Of a stretch of DNA of 64,000 nt, positions 8,632 to 20,069 are shown piece after piece; position 1 is the stretch's first letter; the number at the start of each line of letters is the position of its first letter. A program made the translations under genes and the position numbers. Under the pieces are notes generated by a model. The model made no database searches. It saw only the letters and a program-made list of their open reading frames with translations, and was not told the DNA's origin. Source of the DNA: Nitrospirota bacterium (GTDB lineage Bacteria; Nitrospirota; Thermodesulfovibrionia; Thermodesulfovibrionales; JdFR-86); contig CAVRJY010000002.1 in the NCBI GenBank assembly GCA_963721805.1, forward strand, positions 480,001 through 544,000, written 5' to 3'.

Positions 8632-9921
8632 CTACTTAGAAGAAAGACGAATCTTCACCGATCCGGCGTGGGCGGAAAGCCCTTCGGCCTCGGCTATGCT
8701 GAGAACTGTCGGGGCCAGCGCGCGGAAACCCCTCTCGCTGATCTCGATCAGGCTCGTGCGCTTAAGGAAATCATATACCCCGAGCGGTGAGGAAAACCGC
8801 GCGGTGCCTCCGGTCGGGAGCGTGTGGTTCGGCCCGGCCGCATAATCGCCTATAGGCTCAGGGCTCCACGGGCCGAGGAATATCGCTCCGGCGTTTTTAA
8901 GCAGCGGCAGCAACTTGCGTGGCGTGCGCGTCATGACCTCAAGGTGCTCCGGAGCTATCGAGTTCGAGACGTCGGCCGCCTCTTTCATGTCATTAACGAC
9001 TATGATCGCGCCGAAGCGTCTTAGCGCCTCTGCCGCGACCTCGCTGCGGTGCAGCGCCGCAAGCTGTGAGCCAAGCTCGGCGACGACCTTCGGGACGAGT
9101 TCGGCGGAGTCCGTCACTACTATCGCGCTCGCCATCGGGTCGTGCTCGGCCTGGCTCAGCATGTCGGCCGCGACGAATTTCGGATTCGCGGTCCTGTCCG
9201 CTATCACGAGTATCTCGCTCGGCCCCGCGATCATGTCTATGTCCACCTTGCCGAATACCATGCGCTTCGCTGTAGCGACGTATATGTTTCCGGGCCCTAC
9301 GATCTTATCCACCGGCCTGATCGTCTTGGTCCCGTATGCGAGCGCGCCTATGGCCTGAGCGCCGCCGATCGAGTAGACCTCCGTGATACCGAGCATGTCC
9401 AGCGCGGCCATCACGGTTGGGTTTATCTCGCCGCGCGGTGTGGGCACTACTACAGCGATCTCGGGCACCCCGGCCACCTGAGCCGGGATCACGTTCATCA
9501 GCACGGTCGAGGGGTATGACGCGCGGCCTCCTGGCACGTAGACCCCTACGCGTCCAAGCGGCGTGATGAGCTGCCCGAGCCTCGTGCCGTCCGGCTCGGT
9601 ATATGACCAGGTGCGTTCGAGCTGATGTTGATGGAACGCGCGGATGCGCGAGGCGGCTTTCTTTAGCGCAGCGACGACCTTTTTATCAGCTTTTTGCGAA
9701 TAGGTTTTGATCTCCTCTTTGGAGAGCTTAATCCTATGATGGTTGTCGAATTTTTGCGTGAACTCGACGAGCGCTTTATCGCCGCCTTGTCGCACGCGCT
9801 GGAGTATCTCGCTCACCGCCTCGGTCACACCGGCCTCGCCGCCCGATGCGCGCTCCCTGAGATGTTGCCTGAAGCGGTCGAGTCCGGCCTGCGTCTTTAT
9901 GATTTTAACGGGTGCCTTCAT
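8632..9921 (-). CDS. hisD: Histidinol dehydrogenase
   Basis: GVYVPGG, KIVGPGNIYV, IDMIAGPSE, SQAEHD, APEHLE and GPNHTLPT motifs. Confidence 0.98.
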   Translation of the reverse strand: MKAPVKIIKTQAGLDRFRQHLRERASGGEAGVTEAVSEILQRVRQGGDKALVEFTQKFDNHHRIKLSKEEIKTYSQKADKKVVAALKKAASRIRAFHQHQLERTWSYTEPDGTRLGQLITPLGRVGVYVPGGRASYPSTVLMNVIPAQVAGVPEIAVVVPTPRGEINPTVMAALDMLGITEVYSIGGAQAIGALAYGTKTIRPVDKIVGPGNIYVATAKRMVFGKVDIDMIAGPSEILVIADRTANPKFVAADMLSQAEHDPMASAIVVTDSAELVPKVVAELGSQLAALHRSEVAAEALRRFGAIIVVNDMKEAADVSNSIAPEHLEVMTRTPRKLLPLLKNAGAIFLGPWSPEPIGDYAAGPNHTLPTGGTARFSSPLGVYDFLKRTSLIEISERGFRALAPTVLSIAEAEGLSAHAGSVKIRLSSK

Positions 9922-9990
9922 ATGGCAGTTAGTGTAACGTCTGAGCCGCCAACTATGCAATATACTGGGCCGGATGTTATCATCCATATT

Positions 9991-10764
9991 ATGGACTGGG
10001 CTGGATTATCGCTGGCTGGAGAGGACGTAAACCACCTGCTGCACATAGCCCTCGTGCTTGTGGCGTCGGTCCTTTATGCCATGGGCATGATGGAGGGCCG
10101 CGCCGGGCGCGTCATGTTTTTTTCAGGCCTTTCGCTGCATGTGGTAACCCTCATCCACCGTGGCGCGGTGCTCGGCTGGCTGCCGCTTACCGAGAAGCTC
10201 GACAACGTCTCGTGGATGGCGCTCTCGATGGCCCTCTGCCACTGGTATTACACCACACGCGACAGGCTCGGGGACGTGAACCTCATAAGCCTGCCGATGA
10301 TCGTCGTGCTGAACGTATCCGCGCTCGCATTCCGGCCTGTCAACACCATGACCCCATTTATGCACTCGCCGTGGTTTTTCCTGCACACGCTGTTCTATTC
10401 GATCTCGTACGGCTACATGGGCATGGCCTCGGCCATAGGGATCCAGTCTCTCATAGCCCGCCGCCCGGAGTACGAGCCTCTGGCATACAGGGCCGCGATG
10501 GCCGGGTGGATAGCGATCTCGGTCTCGCTCTGCGCCGGGAGCATATGGTTTTTCGTCTCATACGGCACTTACTGGCTCTGGAGCGCGCGAGAGATGTGGA
10601 TCACGATAATGTGGCTGTACTGGAGCCTGTACCTTCACGCGCGGCTGATGCGGGGCTTGAAGGGCACCCCGGCGCGCGTGATCGGTGCGGCCGGTTTCGC
10701 GGTCGCTGTATTCGCCTACTTCGGCGTGGGCACGATCATCCCCTGCCCGCCCACGGACTTCTGA
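9991..10764 (+). CDS. ccsA: Cytochrome c biogenesis protein CcsA/ResC-like (system II)
   Basis: Multi-TM; variant WWD domain GSIW...YGTYWLWSAREMW; conserved His in WFFLH and YLHAR. Confidence 0.85.
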   Translation: MDWAGLSLAGEDVNHLLHIALVLVASVLYAMGMMEGRAGRVMFFSGLSLHVVTLIHRGAVLGWLPLTEKLDNVSWMALSMALCHWYYTTRDRLGDVNLISLPMIVVLNVSALAFRPVNTMTPFMHSPWFFLHTLFYSISYGYMGMASAIGIQSLIARRPEYEPLAYRAAMAGWIAISVSLCAGSIWFFVSYGTYWLWSAREMWITIMWLYWSLYLHARLMRGLKGTPARVIGAAGFAVAVFAYFGVGTIIPCPPTDF

Positions 10765-10765
10765 G

Positions 10766-11482
10766 ATGATAAAGGCCATCACCAATTTCCTGCTCTCGAT
10801 AAAGACCGCGTTCGGCCTTTTCCTGCTCTGCATCGCGCTGAGTTTCATAGGCTCGCTGGTGCTGCCCGGAAATCTTGCGTTTTTCTCGGGCATAGATGAC
10901 ACGCCGCTCTTTAAGTGGCTCGCCGAGAGCGGCCACATTGAAAACACGTGGTGGATATATGCCTTCGTCGTGGCGATGGCGATACTCGCTCTAAGCACCG
11001 TGGCCTGCACGGCAGAGGCCCTGCTTAGCCGCGCGCTCAGGTTAAACCCCGCCCTGCGGCTCCCTACACAGGTCATGCACCTTGGCGTGCTTTTGGTGAT
11101 GCTCGGCCACCTCATGACCGCATGGATCGGCACGCGCGAGGACGTCCCGGTCACGAAGGGGGCCCCGGCCGTAAGCTCGCAGGGCGTTGCGGTGAGGCTG
11201 GTGGATGTACGCACTAAGGTGGACGAAAACGGGTATGACACCGACTGGGAGGCTGACGTGGATGCTGCGGGAGTGACCGGGACGCTCAGGCCCGCACGGC
11301 CGCTATTCCTGCAGGGCGCGGGGCTTTATCTCAAGGCCGTTACGATGACCGGAGCCTCGCCCTCAGCCCTGATATGCGTGGCTCGTGACCCCGGAGCGCC
11401 ATGGGCCCTACTCGGAGGGTTCCTGGTCTCCGCTGGAGGGGCCGCGTTCGTCCTGACGCGCCGGAGGGCCAGCCAGGCCTGA
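10766..11482 (+). CDS. Short ResB/CcsB-like cytochrome c biogenesis protein
   Basis: N-terminal TMs with STVAC and QVMHLG, C-terminal RDPGAPW TM; 1 nt after ccsA. Confidence 0.75.
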   Translation: MIKAITNFLLSIKTAFGLFLLCIALSFIGSLVLPGNLAFFSGIDDTPLFKWLAESGHIENTWWIYAFVVAMAILALSTVACTAEALLSRALRLNPALRLPTQVMHLGVLLVMLGHLMTAWIGTREDVPVTKGAPAVSSQGVAVRLVDVRTKVDENGYDTDWEADVDAAGVTGTLRPARPLFLQGAGLYLKAVTMTGASPSALICVARDPGAPWALLGGFLVSAGGAAFVLTRRRASQA

Positions 11483-12637
11483 TAGCATCAGGCGAAACCG
11501 TTCGACGTTCCAGCTTCCGTATAACTCCGAGGACTGCCCGATCATGATATCCGGGCCCCCGGTGCGCGCCTCGATCCTGCGGCGGTACCAAACGAACCGC
11601 GAGAGCATCATCACGATGCCCGCAAGCATAGTCGCGCCGCCGAGATAGACCCATATGAGGGCCGGATCGTGCACAGCGCTGATGCGCACGAAGTACCCCA
11701 TCGCGGGGCCAAGCGCGAGTTCGGGTGATGACTCGCCGGGGCCGAGCACGAATTCCCCTTCAAGCGCCCGTGCCTTAACCCTGAAGCGCGGCGAGCGCAG
11801 GTCGTATGATTTCCCGGTGAGCAGGCCCTTTGTGATCGTCTTTGCGGGCTCGAGCGAGACATACACCCCGGCGGTCGCAAGCATTTTCTTGCCCGGCGGC
11901 AGGACGTCGAGGTCCTCTTCAACCGCGACGTGCTTGAATATCAGCGGCACCCGATATCCGAAATCAGTGGCTCTGAGATAGAGCCCGCCCGCGCGCGCGG
12001 CATACCCGGACGTTGCGCGCACATCCCGATCGTCCACGGTCAGATCGGCCGAGAGGTCTCCCAGTTCAAACTCCGAGCGGTCGCCGACTTGCAGGTAGTC
12101 CGCCGGGAGTGTGGCGGATATCGTGCGCACCTTCACCTCGCGCCCGAGCAGCGTGGCCGCGTCTGAGACGTGCATGACGCGGCTCTCGGACTTTCTGAGG
12201 TGTACGCTCGCGCCAAGGGCCAGAAGCATTATGACAAGCCCGGTCCTGAGCACGAGTCCTGGCAGGAACGACCAGCGCCCGCGGGTGCCTATGATCTCGT
12301 TGTGTCGCAACGTGACGTGGAAGCCGTTTGACCTCAGCCACGCCGGGATCGCCTCGTGAGGATGGCCCGTGAGCTGCACCGCGGCATGCTCGTCCATCTC
12401 CTCGATGCGGCCGGCCTGCGGCCTGAGCGCATCGAGCGCGATCCGCGCGTTAATGGCGATCAGGTTTACGAGCATCAGGAAGTAAAGCAGCGCGCCCGGC
12501 GCGGTGTGCATGACGAGCTGGGACCAGCTCGCATAAGGGGCGTCGCCGGTCTCGGCGTACGCGACATACGCTGCCGCCCCGACGGCGCAGATCGCGGCCG
12601 TCAGCCACCACGAGCTAATGACCTTGCGTACGCTCAT
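11408..12637 (-). CDS. ResB-like membrane protein
   Basis: N-terminal TMs, RGRWS motif, periplasmic region and C-terminal HDPALIWVYLGG...WYRRR typical of ResB. Confidence 0.65.
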   Translation of the reverse strand: MSVRKVISSWWLTAAICAVGAAAYVAYAETGDAPYASWSQLVMHTAPGALLYFLMLVNLIAINARIALDALRPQAGRIEEMDEHAAVQLTGHPHEAIPAWLRSNGFHVTLRHNEIIGTRGRWSFLPGLVLRTGLVIMLLALGASVHLRKSESRVMHVSDAATLLGREVKVRTISATLPADYLQVGDRSEFELGDLSADLTVDDRDVRATSGYAARAGGLYLRATDFGYRVPLIFKHVAVEEDLDVLPPGKKMLATAGVYVSLEPAKTITKGLLTGKSYDLRSPRFRVKARALEGEFVLGPGESSPELALGPAMGYFVRISAVHDPALIWVYLGGATMLAGIVMMLSRFVWYRRRIEARTGGPDIMIGQSSELYGSWNVERFRLMLSGLAGPPARQDERGPSSGDQEPSE

Positions 12638-13986
12638 AGGTGTGACCCGCTGGTCGTGAGTTTCTGAGCCTCGTTATAGGTGCGGATCAGGTCGTCTATG
12701 CGCACGATGATCCGGCCCGAGTCGGTCTTAAACGGCAGGGGGATCGGGTTGCACCCGCCGGGCTTGTTGACCGAGTTTACGGATATGGGCGTCATGCAGT
12801 ACTTGCAAACCAGGTTCTCGCCGCGCTGGGCATAGCCCTTGGCGTCGGCGTTCCACTCGGCCGGGCGGCATATCTCGCACTCGTCGAGCGCGACGCCTAC
12901 GGTCCCGTCGGGTTTCATGATCGCGATAAACATGATCTTCTTCTGGCCGTAAGGGTAGAGGTACTTCCTGAGCTTTCCGTCCGTGAGGTCGCCAAGCCTG
13001 TCCGAGACCGGGATGCGTATCTCGCCCGTCGACTCCTCCTCGTGCACAGGGATCGGCGCGGGCTCGGACATAGGGTTCAGGGAGACGTTGGCCGCGTGGA
13101 TCGAGACCATGATAATCACGAACGCGATCATCATCGGTGCGGCGGCCAGCATGAAATCGCGGCGGAAAAACGAGACCTCCAGCCTCCGGCGCGCGGCCTT
13201 CTCGATGCCTCCGATGTTGGGGTCGGGCCGCGAGAAATGCCTCAGCATGAGCGCGAGCGGCGGGGCCAGCACCAGAAGCACCATCAGCACCATCGCCATG
13301 CTCTCGCCGCCAAGATAACGGAAGAGGCCTGAGAGCGGCACGGTCAAAAACTCATGCGGCGGTAGCATAACCTCGCCCTGGAGCGTCGATACGGCCTTGG
13401 CGAGAAACGCGGTCATGCCCTTCTGGAGCGTGACCGTCAGGTTCAGTTCGTCCACGCCGGCTACGCCCCCGAAGACTATCTTGAGCGCCCCGGTCAGAAC
13501 CAGCGCAGAGGGCAGGCTGAGCGCGCGGCCTATCAGCTCGCGGCCCGGCAGCCGCGGCAGGGCCGCAAGCGGTGCGAAGCCTATCACGATCCCGAGCGCA
13601 GCCAGTGCCGATGCGGCGGCCAGCGATTCCTTGATACGCCCGGCCTCGCGCACCGCCGAGGCAGCGGAGCGGAAATCGAAAAAAGCGAGCGCGAGCCCCA
13701 AGCCGAAAAGCGCCGTGGTTATAATCCATTTTGGCGGGGCATGGCGGAATCTCAGGTGCAGCAGTATGAGGCTGCAATACAGCAGCGAGAACTCCGCAGC
13801 CAGCCTGAAGGGTGCCCATGCCTCGGGGGTCGAGCCGCTAAAGACGATGGCGAGCGCCAGAGCCGCGAGGACGCCGGCCGCGAGCGAGCGCCACCTCTCG
13901 CGTACTGGCGGATAGAGCAGGACGATAAACAGCAGCGCGGTGCATTGCAGGGATTCGCGAAGCGCGGTTAGGAATGCCCCGGACAT
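12634..13986 (-). CDS. FTR1-like membrane domain fused to a DUF2318 Cys-rich domain (iron-uptake associated)
   Basis: N-terminal ALRESLQ (FTR1 REGLE-like), many TMs, C-terminal DECEIC...LVCKYC...GGCNPIP. Confidence 0.75.
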   Translation of the reverse strand: MSGAFLTALRESLQCTALLFIVLLYPPVRERWRSLAAGVLAALALAIVFSGSTPEAWAPFRLAAEFSLLYCSLILLHLRFRHAPPKWIITTALFGLGLALAFFDFRSAASAVREAGRIKESLAAASALAALGIVIGFAPLAALPRLPGRELIGRALSLPSALVLTGALKIVFGGVAGVDELNLTVTLQKGMTAFLAKAVSTLQGEVMLPPHEFLTVPLSGLFRYLGGESMAMVLMVLLVLAPPLALMLRHFSRPDPNIGGIEKAARRRLEVSFFRRDFMLAAAPMMIAFVIIMVSIHAANVSLNPMSEPAPIPVHEEESTGEIRIPVSDRLGDLTDGKLRKYLYPYGQKKIMFIAIMKPDGTVGVALDECEICRPAEWNADAKGYAQRGENLVCKYCMTPISVNSVNKPGGCNPIPLPFKTDSGRIIVRIDDLIRTYNEAQKLTTSGSHL

Positions 13987-14475
13987 TTATTTAAGTATCT
14001 TGGCCAGTTCGGATTCGAGTCGCTCGGGCGAGATCGCCTTCGCGGTGCGCGCCTTCACGATCCCGTCGCGGTTGATGAAGACCACCCCCGCGCCGTACGT
14101 CATGCCGAAGGCTCGCGATACCTTGTCGTCGGGATCGAAGAAGTAGTCATCCACTCCGGTCGTCTTCGCATAGGCGTTGAGCTTTGGTATGCGGTCCTGG
14201 TGGGCTATCCACATGACGACCAGCCCGTCTTTGAGGTGGTTCTGCGCTGCCCGCTTGACCAGCGGGATCTCTTCGTTGCAGCGTGCTCACCAGCTCGCGA
14301 ACCAGTAGAGCATTACAGGCTTGCCCTTGATCGAGCTAAGCGTCAGTTCCTGTCCGCTGATGGGACTCTTTAGCGAGAAGTCCTTCGCGGGAAACTCGGG
14401 CGGGAGCCCGTCGCCGCAGGCCGAGGCGATGAAGACCAGGACGGCGAACGCGGCTATGAGGCGCGCGCGGTGCAT
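13987..14475 (-). CDS. TlpA/peroxiredoxin-like thioredoxin-fold lipoprotein, putative selenoprotein (UxxC)
   Basis: Track ORFs 14287-14475 and 13987-14214 are in frame across TGA 14287-14289, giving WFASW-U-ARC-NEEIP; lipobox ASAC. Confidence 0.85.
14245..14289 (-). promoter_or_regulatory. Putative bacterial SECIS element
   Basis: After the UGA: lower pairing CGCUGC/GCAGCG and apical stem CCCGCU-GGUCA-AGCGGG, whose G-initiated loop starts 27 nt downstream. Confidence 0.65.
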
Positions 14476-14476
14476 C

Positions 14477-14647
14477 TCAGCCCTTCTTCGAGGCCTTGCG
14501 TGCGAAGCCGATTATCAGGCCGATCAGGGCCCCAAGCAGCGTGCCCGATGCGTCGTGGATGTATGACATCGGGGTGGTGATCTGCCCGGCCCCGAAGTAA
14601 AGGACGCCAAATAACATGCCGCATACGAGCCCGATCACCGCGCTCAT
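14477..14647 (-). CDS. Small two-TM protein (56 aa, below the ORF-track cutoff)
   Basis: MSAVIGLVCGMLFGVLYFG...LLGALIGLIIGFARKASKKG. The SD-linked ATG at 14664 is 1 nt out of frame, so an indel is possible. Confidence 0.6.
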   Translation of the reverse strand: MSAVIGLVCGMLFGVLYFGAGQITTPMSYIHDASGTLLGALIGLIIGFARKASKKG

Positions 14648-14771
14648 GACGACGTCCTTACCATTTATACCTCCTTAGGGCAAACGATTCGCCTCTATTA
14701 GAAATTTTAACATAACGGTAAGGGCGGATGCCCGTCGGGAGGCGGGTGCGATTTGCGGGGCGCGTGACTGC

Positions 14772-15212
14772 CTATACCTCGCAGAGGGCCTTGACCTTGT
14801 CCAGGACGGCCTTGGCCTCGACGGCGTTGAGCTTCTCGACGAGCTTGCTGTCGGCGAAGGCCTTGAGGATCTCGTTGGGCATCTCGTACTCGATGCGGAC
14901 CTTAAGCTCGGTGCTCTCGGCGTCTATCTTGTTGAACTCGTAGTCCTCGTTGATCTGCACGCGGCTGCGGAGCGAGAGGCCGAATTTCTTGTCTTTCGCG
15001 AACTCGGTCACGGTGCCCTTGCCGGAGAACTTCAGCCCCATCATCTTGTATGTCCAGCCGAAGGTCATCCCGCGCTCGGGGGCGGCGGAGGAGAGGTTTT
15101 TGATCTCGACGAGGCTCGTGACGTAGCGGGTCCAGTTTTCGGGGTTGACGACGACAGAGAATACCTTGCCCACCGGGGCCTTTATGGTTACCGACTTGGT
15201 TATGACCGCCAT
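14772..15212 (-). CDS. SRPBCC/polyketide cyclase-dehydrase family protein
   Basis: SVTIKAPVGKVFSVVVNPENWTRY start and C-terminal helix typical of SRPBCC; AGGAGG SD. Confidence 0.85.
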   Translation of the reverse strand: MAVITKSVTIKAPVGKVFSVVVNPENWTRYVTSLVEIKNLSSAAPERGMTFGWTYKMMGLKFSGKGTVTEFAKDKKFGLSLRSRVQINEDYEFNKIDAESTELKVRIEYEMPNEILKAFADSKLVEKLNAVEAKAVLDKVKALCEV

Positions 15213-15360
15213 GTGCCGATGCCTCCTTTGACGCGATAATGGTGTCCTGGCCCAGCCAGAACGCCGCGGCCGCATAACGAATCCCCTAGATTGCCCGCCG
15301 CGAGCATATTATAACAGCAAACGGGGGAATTTATCACAGGCCGGGCGATGCCCCGCGCCC

Positions 15361-16833
15361 TTATGCCGTCGTTTGGACTGCGGGTTCGCTTTCCAGCGAG
15401 ACGAGGCCGAGCATCCTGACGAAGGCAGCGAAGAGCTCCGTGTCGTAGTCCTCGATCTCCTTGGCTATCGCGGCGAGGGCGTAATACGGGGAGAAGGCCT
15501 TTTTGTACGGCCTGTCGGTCGTGAGGGCGTCGTAACGGTCGACGATCGCCGCGATCTTTCCGAAGAGGTCCAGGGGCGGGGCGTCATGGCCCGAGAGGGT
15601 AGCCCGTGCCTGTGAGGGTCTCGTGGTGCTGCAGGATCGGGAACATCGAGCGCTCGGGCAGGTCCCTGAACTCGCGGACCATTTCGTAGCCCTGCTGCAC
15701 GTGCTTCTTCATCACGCTCATCTCGCGCGTGGTCAGGCGGTCGGGCTTGTTGAGGATGTCGGTCGGCACCATGACCTTGCCAATGTCGTGTAGCACCGAG
15801 CCTATGCCGAGCTCGAAAAGGCTCCGCTCGTCGAGCCCTATGTGGCTGCCGAGGCTTACGGCCAGCACCGCAACGTTGACGGAGTGCGTGTAGGTGTACA
15901 TGTCCTGCGCGTGGAGGTTCAGGAGGCTCACGAACGCCCCCCTGCGGCTCATGATCACGCCCATTAGGTCATGCACGATGGCCTCGGCGCTCCCCTTCAC
16001 CAGTTCCTCGTCGCGGTGGTTGTTGAGGACCTCGCGGATCTTCACCTTGGCGCTCTCGCGCGTGACGGTGGCCGCGATCCGGGCGTCCCCCTGGCAGTCC
16101 CTCAGGCGGCGCGCGATGTATGCCTGATAGTGCGGGATGTCTTCCTGCAGGATCGCGAGCTCGCCGGCGGCCTTTACGTGCCGCTCTGTGAGTCTCGGCC
16201 TCCGAGTCCCCGCTCGACCGTCACGAGCGGGTCATAGAAAAACCCCCGCTTTACGTAGATCGAAAAGTCCGCCTTTGTGCCCAGGGTGAGCATCTCGCGC
16301 TCGATCGGGAAGTGGATCTCCTTCTCCCTGTTGTAGCGGCGGTACTCCTCGTGGCTGTAGGCCACCTGTCCGTCCCGCACCAGGCGCAGGGATTCGAGGT
16401 AGCGGACGTAGGCCTCCTCATCCTCCTGCCTCACGTGGACGAGCCGCACGTCGGCGGATACCAGGGACTTCCTGAGCACAGGCGAAAGCTCCCCGCCCTT
16501 GCTGATGAACCGCTCCTTGCCCCTGCCGGTGCCCCGGTAGAGGTCAAACGGGAGTTTCGATCCGGTCCGAAGCGACGAGAGCTCCACCGAGACGTACTGC
16601 TGCGGGTCGGCGGCCTCTGCCGGGGATTGGGAACCATCCGGCGCGGCGACGTCGAGGCCGAGGTCGGTGTCGATATAGACGTGCTTGATATCGAGAGAGT
16701 GGATCTTCCTGATCTGCTCCTCGTCGTCGATCAGGAAGCGGTGGGTCAGAAACGGCGTGTTGATCCATGCGCGGTCGAAACCGCTCAGGTACATCCCGAC
16801 CCTCAGTTCGCGAACGTCGATCAGTTTTCTCAT
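15361..16833 (-). pseudogene. DUF3391 + HD-GYP cyclic-dinucleotide phosphodiesterase, frameshifted near 16200 and 15585
   Basis: Three frames join into IDVRELRVGMY / YTYTHSVNV...LHDIGK...HHE...GYP / IAAIVDRYDALTTDRPYKKA. Confidence 0.85.
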
Positions 16834-16932
16834 GCAGGTCCCCTGTGAATGTAAATTATACCTTATACATTTTATCGGTGCACAGCGTTTCGTGGCCCTT
16901 GACACCGGGGCGCCCGGCATTGATAGTATGTG

Positions 16933-18351
<1,419 letters not shown>

Positions 18352-18419
18352 GGCCGATAATATTTTTTTGTTTGCCTGCCGTGTTTAATAATGCTAAACT
18401 TTAGCCAGCCAAAGGAGGC

Positions 18420-18605
18420 ATGCACATGGATGTGTCAAGCGCAACGGCTCAGGGATCGGCGATGAGTACGGACCAGCTGGACCAGCAGGCGCAGGTGCTG
18501 GCCATGAAAAAGCAGCTCGAGGTTCAGAAGCAGCAGGGGCAGAATGCGCTGGAGCTTATCCAGTCTGCCGACGTCAAAAAAGGAGGGGTTAACCTATACG
18601 CATAG
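18420..18605 (+). CDS. YjfB-like small protein (putative motility protein)
   Basis: AQVLAMKKQLEVQKQQGQNALELIQS...GVNLYA pattern; AGGAGG SD. Confidence 0.7.
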   Translation: MHMDVSSATAQGSAMSTDQLDQQAQVLAMKKQLEVQKQQGQNALELIQSADVKKGGVNLYA

Positions 18606-18633
18606 GCTCCCCGGACGATCAGCACCGAGTCCT

Positions 18634-18667
18634 ACGCCCCGATGCAGCGCACGCGGGGCGTTTTTTT
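18634..18667 (+). terminator. Intrinsic terminator
   Basis: acgccccg...cggggcgt stem followed by a T-tract. Confidence 0.8.
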
Positions 18668-18737
18668 ATCCCGCCGTTTTGCAGCACCCGCCTGTGTTAT
18701 TATCCAGAATGTGCATTGAGGTGTTAATCTGCCTGTA

Positions 18738-19250
18738 GTGATAGGTATCGGGGGCGCGCACAGCGGAGCTGGCAAGACCCTGGTCGGCTGCAGGATACTG
18801 CATGCGATGGGCCCGGGCTGGGGAGCGATCAAATGCACCCCTACCGCACTTTATAGCGCGGTGATCGACGACCCCGCTATCGTGGGCCAGCCCGGCAAGG
18901 ACACGGCGCGGTACGCCGAGGCCGGCGCGGAGCTGGCGCTCTGGGTGCAGGGACCGCGCGAGGCCCTTGCGGAATCCCTCGATATGGCGATGTGCAGGCT
19001 TGCCGGACTCAGGGGTGTGATAGTGGAGGGCAATACCGCAATTGAGCTTCTAAAGCCCGATATAGTAATATTTATCGTCGGGGAGCCGGGCCGTGTAAAG
19101 CCCGGGGCCTCTTCCGCGATCGAGTCGGCCCACGTGGTGATACACGCCGGGGGACTTTCCGGGGGCCCGCTTGAGCGGGAATTCGGGATCGAGGACGAGG
19201 AAGCATATATCGCGCACGTAAGGGGAGAGGTCCTTAAAAGGGACAAATGA
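18738..19250 (+). CDS. MobB-like P-loop NTPase
   Basis: GGAHSGAGKT Walker A, GKDTARY and VIVEGN. Confidence 0.7.
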   Translation: MIGIGGAHSGAGKTLVGCRILHAMGPGWGAIKCTPTALYSAVIDDPAIVGQPGKDTARYAEAGAELALWVQGPREALAESLDMAMCRLAGLRGVIVEGNTAIELLKPDIVIFIVGEPGRVKPGASSAIESAHVVIHAGGLSGGPLEREFGIEDEEAYIAHVRGEVLKRDK

Positions 19251-19253
19251 TCC

Positions 19254-20069
19254 ATGAACGCCACGCTTAGTTTCGATCTGGCCCTCACCTGTTATCTCGC
19301 CGCCGTCATCGTGGGCGTGATAGACCTGTTCAAACAGGGCCGCTCGGCCGGCAAGATGATGGTCGGCATAACGGTGCTCGGCTTCCTGGTGCACTCGGCG
19401 AGCATAGTGTTCCGCTACGCGCTCGAAGGCCACCTCCCGATGGCGAGCCCGCACGAGGCCGCGTCGTTCTTCGCCTGGTGCGTGGTCCTCATCTTCCTGG
19501 TTATGGAATATCGCTACAAGCTCGGGCTCCTTGGGTCGTTCATCATGCCTCTCGTGTTTGCGCTGATGCTGGCTGCCTCGATGCTCCCGCGCGCGATGGG
19601 GCCGCTCCCTCCGGTGCTCACGAGCTACTGGCTCGGCGTTCATACCTTCCTGGCGTTCCTGGCGAACGCCTCCTTCGTGCTGGCCGCCGGGGTCAGCGTG
19701 ATGTACCTGATACAGGACCATTACCTCAAGAGCAAGCGGCTCGGTGAGCTCTTCGCCCGCCTTCCTAGCATCCAGACCCTGGACTACCTGAACTACCGCC
19801 TGATCACGGTCGGGTTCCCGCTGTTCACGCTCGCGATCATCACAGGGGCGATATGGGCCAACAGCGCGTGGGGAAGCTACTGGAACTGGGACCCGCGCGA
19901 GGTATGGGCCCTGATCACGTGGCTGATATTCGCGACAGTCCTGCACGCGCGCCTGCTGGCCGGGTGGCGTGGCAAGCGCGCCGCCGTGCTCACGATAGTG
20001 GGGCTCGCGACGATCTTCATCGCGTTCTTCGGCGTCCAACTCCTGAAACGGGGGCTGCACGTCTTCTAA
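19254..20069 (+). CDS. ccsA: Cytochrome c biogenesis protein CcsA (CcsB/ResC family)
   Basis: Canonical WWD motif GAIWANSAWGSYWNWDPREVW; coupled to hemA. Confidence 0.93.
   Translation: MNATLSFDLALTCYLAAVIVGVIDLFKQGRSAGKMMVGITVLGFLVHSASIVFRYALEGHLPMASPHEAASFFAWCVVLIFLVMEYRYKLGLLGSFIMPLVFALMLAASMLPRAMGPLPPVLTSYWLGVHTFLAFLANASFVLAAGVSVMYLIQDHYLKSKRLGELFARLPSIQTLDYLNYRLITVGFPLFTLAIITGAIWANSAWGSYWNWDPREVWALITWLIFATVLHARLLAGWRGKRAAVLTIVGLATIFIAFFGVQLLKRGLHVF

Noticed and set aside
8357..8845. 162-aa plus-strand ORF
   Set aside because: Reads through repeat copy 2 and antisense into hisD; no protein-like features.
14705..14732. TTTTAACATAA resembling the XerD arm of a dif site
   Set aside because: No XerC arm at the 6-nt spacing; better explained as an extended -10 (TGnTAAAAT) for the minus-strand operon.
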